A DNA stretch of 63,289 nt, filler included, from Octopus bimaculoides (taxonomy: Eukaryota), in NCBI RefSeq assembly GCF_001194135.2. It is 7 parts of 7 records of this genome, joined end to end, with 100 filler letters (N's around TTAATTAATTAA, not from the genome) between each part and the next. Parts side by side here need not be neighbours in the genome. Positions count along the whole stretch, not along the records: positions 58,988 to 62,095 come from NC_068983.1; positions 62,196 to 63,289 come from NC_068997.1; 5 more parts are not named here. One strand, 5' to 3'. The position numbers and the translations under genes are program-made. Of this stretch, positions 61,530-63,289 are shown piece after piece. The notes under the pieces are model-generated. The model was not told the DNA's origin and did no database searches. It saw only the letters and a list, made by a program, of their open reading frames with translations. Within the stretch, counting starts at the first letter, position 1, and each line of letters starts with the position of its first letter.

Positions 61530-62916
61530 GTTAGTACAATTTTTTTTTTTCATTATTTTTTTCTTCATTTACTCTAATGACTACTATAAAGTGTAACTGG
61601 TAAACTAACAGGGGGAACAAAGTTTACAAGCTGGTTTCAGTCTTCTGTTGAGCTAGTTTCACATCATTTAACATTTTTGTGATCATAATTCTAATGAAAT
61701 ACTTTCCTTTTGTTTCAGTTAGTTTCACAAAAAAAAAAAAAAAAAAAATAATAATAATAATAATCAATAAATTTAAGTGATTTTTCTAAAAGAAAAACTA
61801 ATTTTTTCACATATTTATACAGTAAATTGGCGTTTGTAACATAAATTAATAAAGGATTCTTTCATAAAATTATAATGTGTGGTTTCAGTTTTAAAATGTT
61901 TACTTTAAAGTAGCAGTTTTGTATCAAAGGACTAAATGGGTTTTGTATCAAAGACTAAATGGATTTAACTGTTCATATCCTTTCAAAAAGCATAACCATT
62001 GAGGTAACTTTAATTTGTTTTCCCTAAAAATACACAGCTTTGCTTTTGGATAAAAGAAGCAAATGGAAAAGCATATAATTAGGCCTATGTTTGATNNNNN
62101 NNNNNNNNNNNNNNNNNNNNNNNNNNNNNNNNNNNNNNNTTAATTAATTAANNNNNNNNNNNNNNNNNNNNNNNNNNNNNNNNNNNNNNNNNNNNTCTCT
62201 CACACATAACACATTAGAAAGATCAGCCTTAACTTCTGAAATGCTTTGTTTTGTTTTCATGTTATTACATAGACACCAGATATTATTTGTTTTTGTTTTT
62301 TAAACTAGTTTGTATAAAAGAAAAAAAACAAGCAACAATAAACCAGAAAATCCCACTAAGCAACACACACACACACAACATAGCTGTGGGAATTATGATG
62401 ATTTTGAGAGAAATCTATTGAGAAATTATCGCAAGAGATAGATAGTCATCTCTTCCTACTCCCACCAACACACACACACACACACACACACAGAGTTTAT
62501 CTCCTTCAATTGTTCATTCTCTCTGTCTCTATTTTCCTTTCTTTCTTTCTTACTAATCTCATTGTTTTCTACTCTCACCACTCCCTCTCTTTATCATTCT
62601 CAAAATCCTCCCTCCTTTATTACTCTTATAGGTTTTCAATCCTCCTTCTTTCTCAAAACTCTTCCCTTTCTAACCTCTCCTCATCCTATCACTTCAGAGA
62701 CTCTCTTTTACAACTGCATCCATTTTCAAATCTCTCTGCTTTTACCTCCCCCCCTTCTCTCTAATCTTCCTCTCTCTCTCACTCCTGTTTCACCCTCCCT
62801 CCTCATTTCTTCTCTCTCCCTTCTACTCTTCCTATGGCTCACCTTTTCTAATGACAACCTTCTTCCCTCCCCCCTCTCTCTCTCTGTCTTTATCTTTACA
62901 CTTTGTTATCCTCCAG

Positions 62917-62980
62917 GTATCATTTGGTGCTACCTAACATGTGGATTAGTAAACTAGAAACGAAGGCTGGCTACCTTCAG
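62917..62980 (+). other. Candidate 64-bp exon (YHLVLPNMWISKLETKAGYLQ in the only open frame)
   Basis: Long polypyrimidine tract, ttgttatcctccag| acceptor, CAG|gtaaaa donor; no recognised homology. Confidence 0.35.
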
Positions 62981-63289
62981 GTAAAATACATATTTCAGAT
63001 CACTCTCCTTCTGCCCCCCTCTCTCTCTTTTACAAAACGTGCATGAGGCCTGCCACTCTAACAAATTGCCTGCCTTCTACCATCTGTGTTTTTATGATTT
63101 TTACAGTTTAACACAATTAGTAAGAGAGTTCATATATATATATATATATATATATGGTGGTTGTCTACTCCTTAAACAGAGTTTGACCACCTCCTGCACC
63201 TACACCTTAGCCCTTTCATGGCGTCTGATGTGGCTTTTTAAACCAGACAGTGTTTTGAAAAAACACCCACACAGATTGCACCTCTGATT

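Overview
AT-rich, gap-riddled animal genomic DNA. The repeat families (tRNA-derived SINEs, (TA)/(CA)/(GATA)n arrays, RLE, CR1, Tx1 and Penelope-like retroelements) suggest an octopus draft assembly; this is an inference. One host gene is well supported: a divergent FABP/iLBP (lipid-binding, calycin-fold) gene on the minus strand with three coding exons (21041-20966, 5609-5434, 3437-3330), canonical splice sites and canonical FABP intron phases. Its exon 4 was not located. The rest is mostly mobile DNA: three lineages of Penelope-like elements (PLEs), R4/Dong-like RLE LINEs, CR1, Tx1, bipartite RTE derivatives, at least three SINE families, Tc1/mariner, Merlin/IS1595-like, Chapaev3-like and Helentron-type elements. 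The most notable signal is a Poseidon-like PLE whose terminal repeat joins a tRNA-like Pol III promoter, an (AAT)n spacer and a minimal hammerhead ribozyme. It occurs both behind a GIY-YIG ORF remnant and as ORF-less inverted pairs. A second PLE terminus carries a CUGUUGA-core hammerhead variant, and a Merlin-type MITE carries telomeric TTAGGG repeats. Most six-frame ORFs are microsatellite or gap artefacts. Repeat boundaries are read by eye and approximate unless stated as exact; family names come from motif recognition, not database searches.
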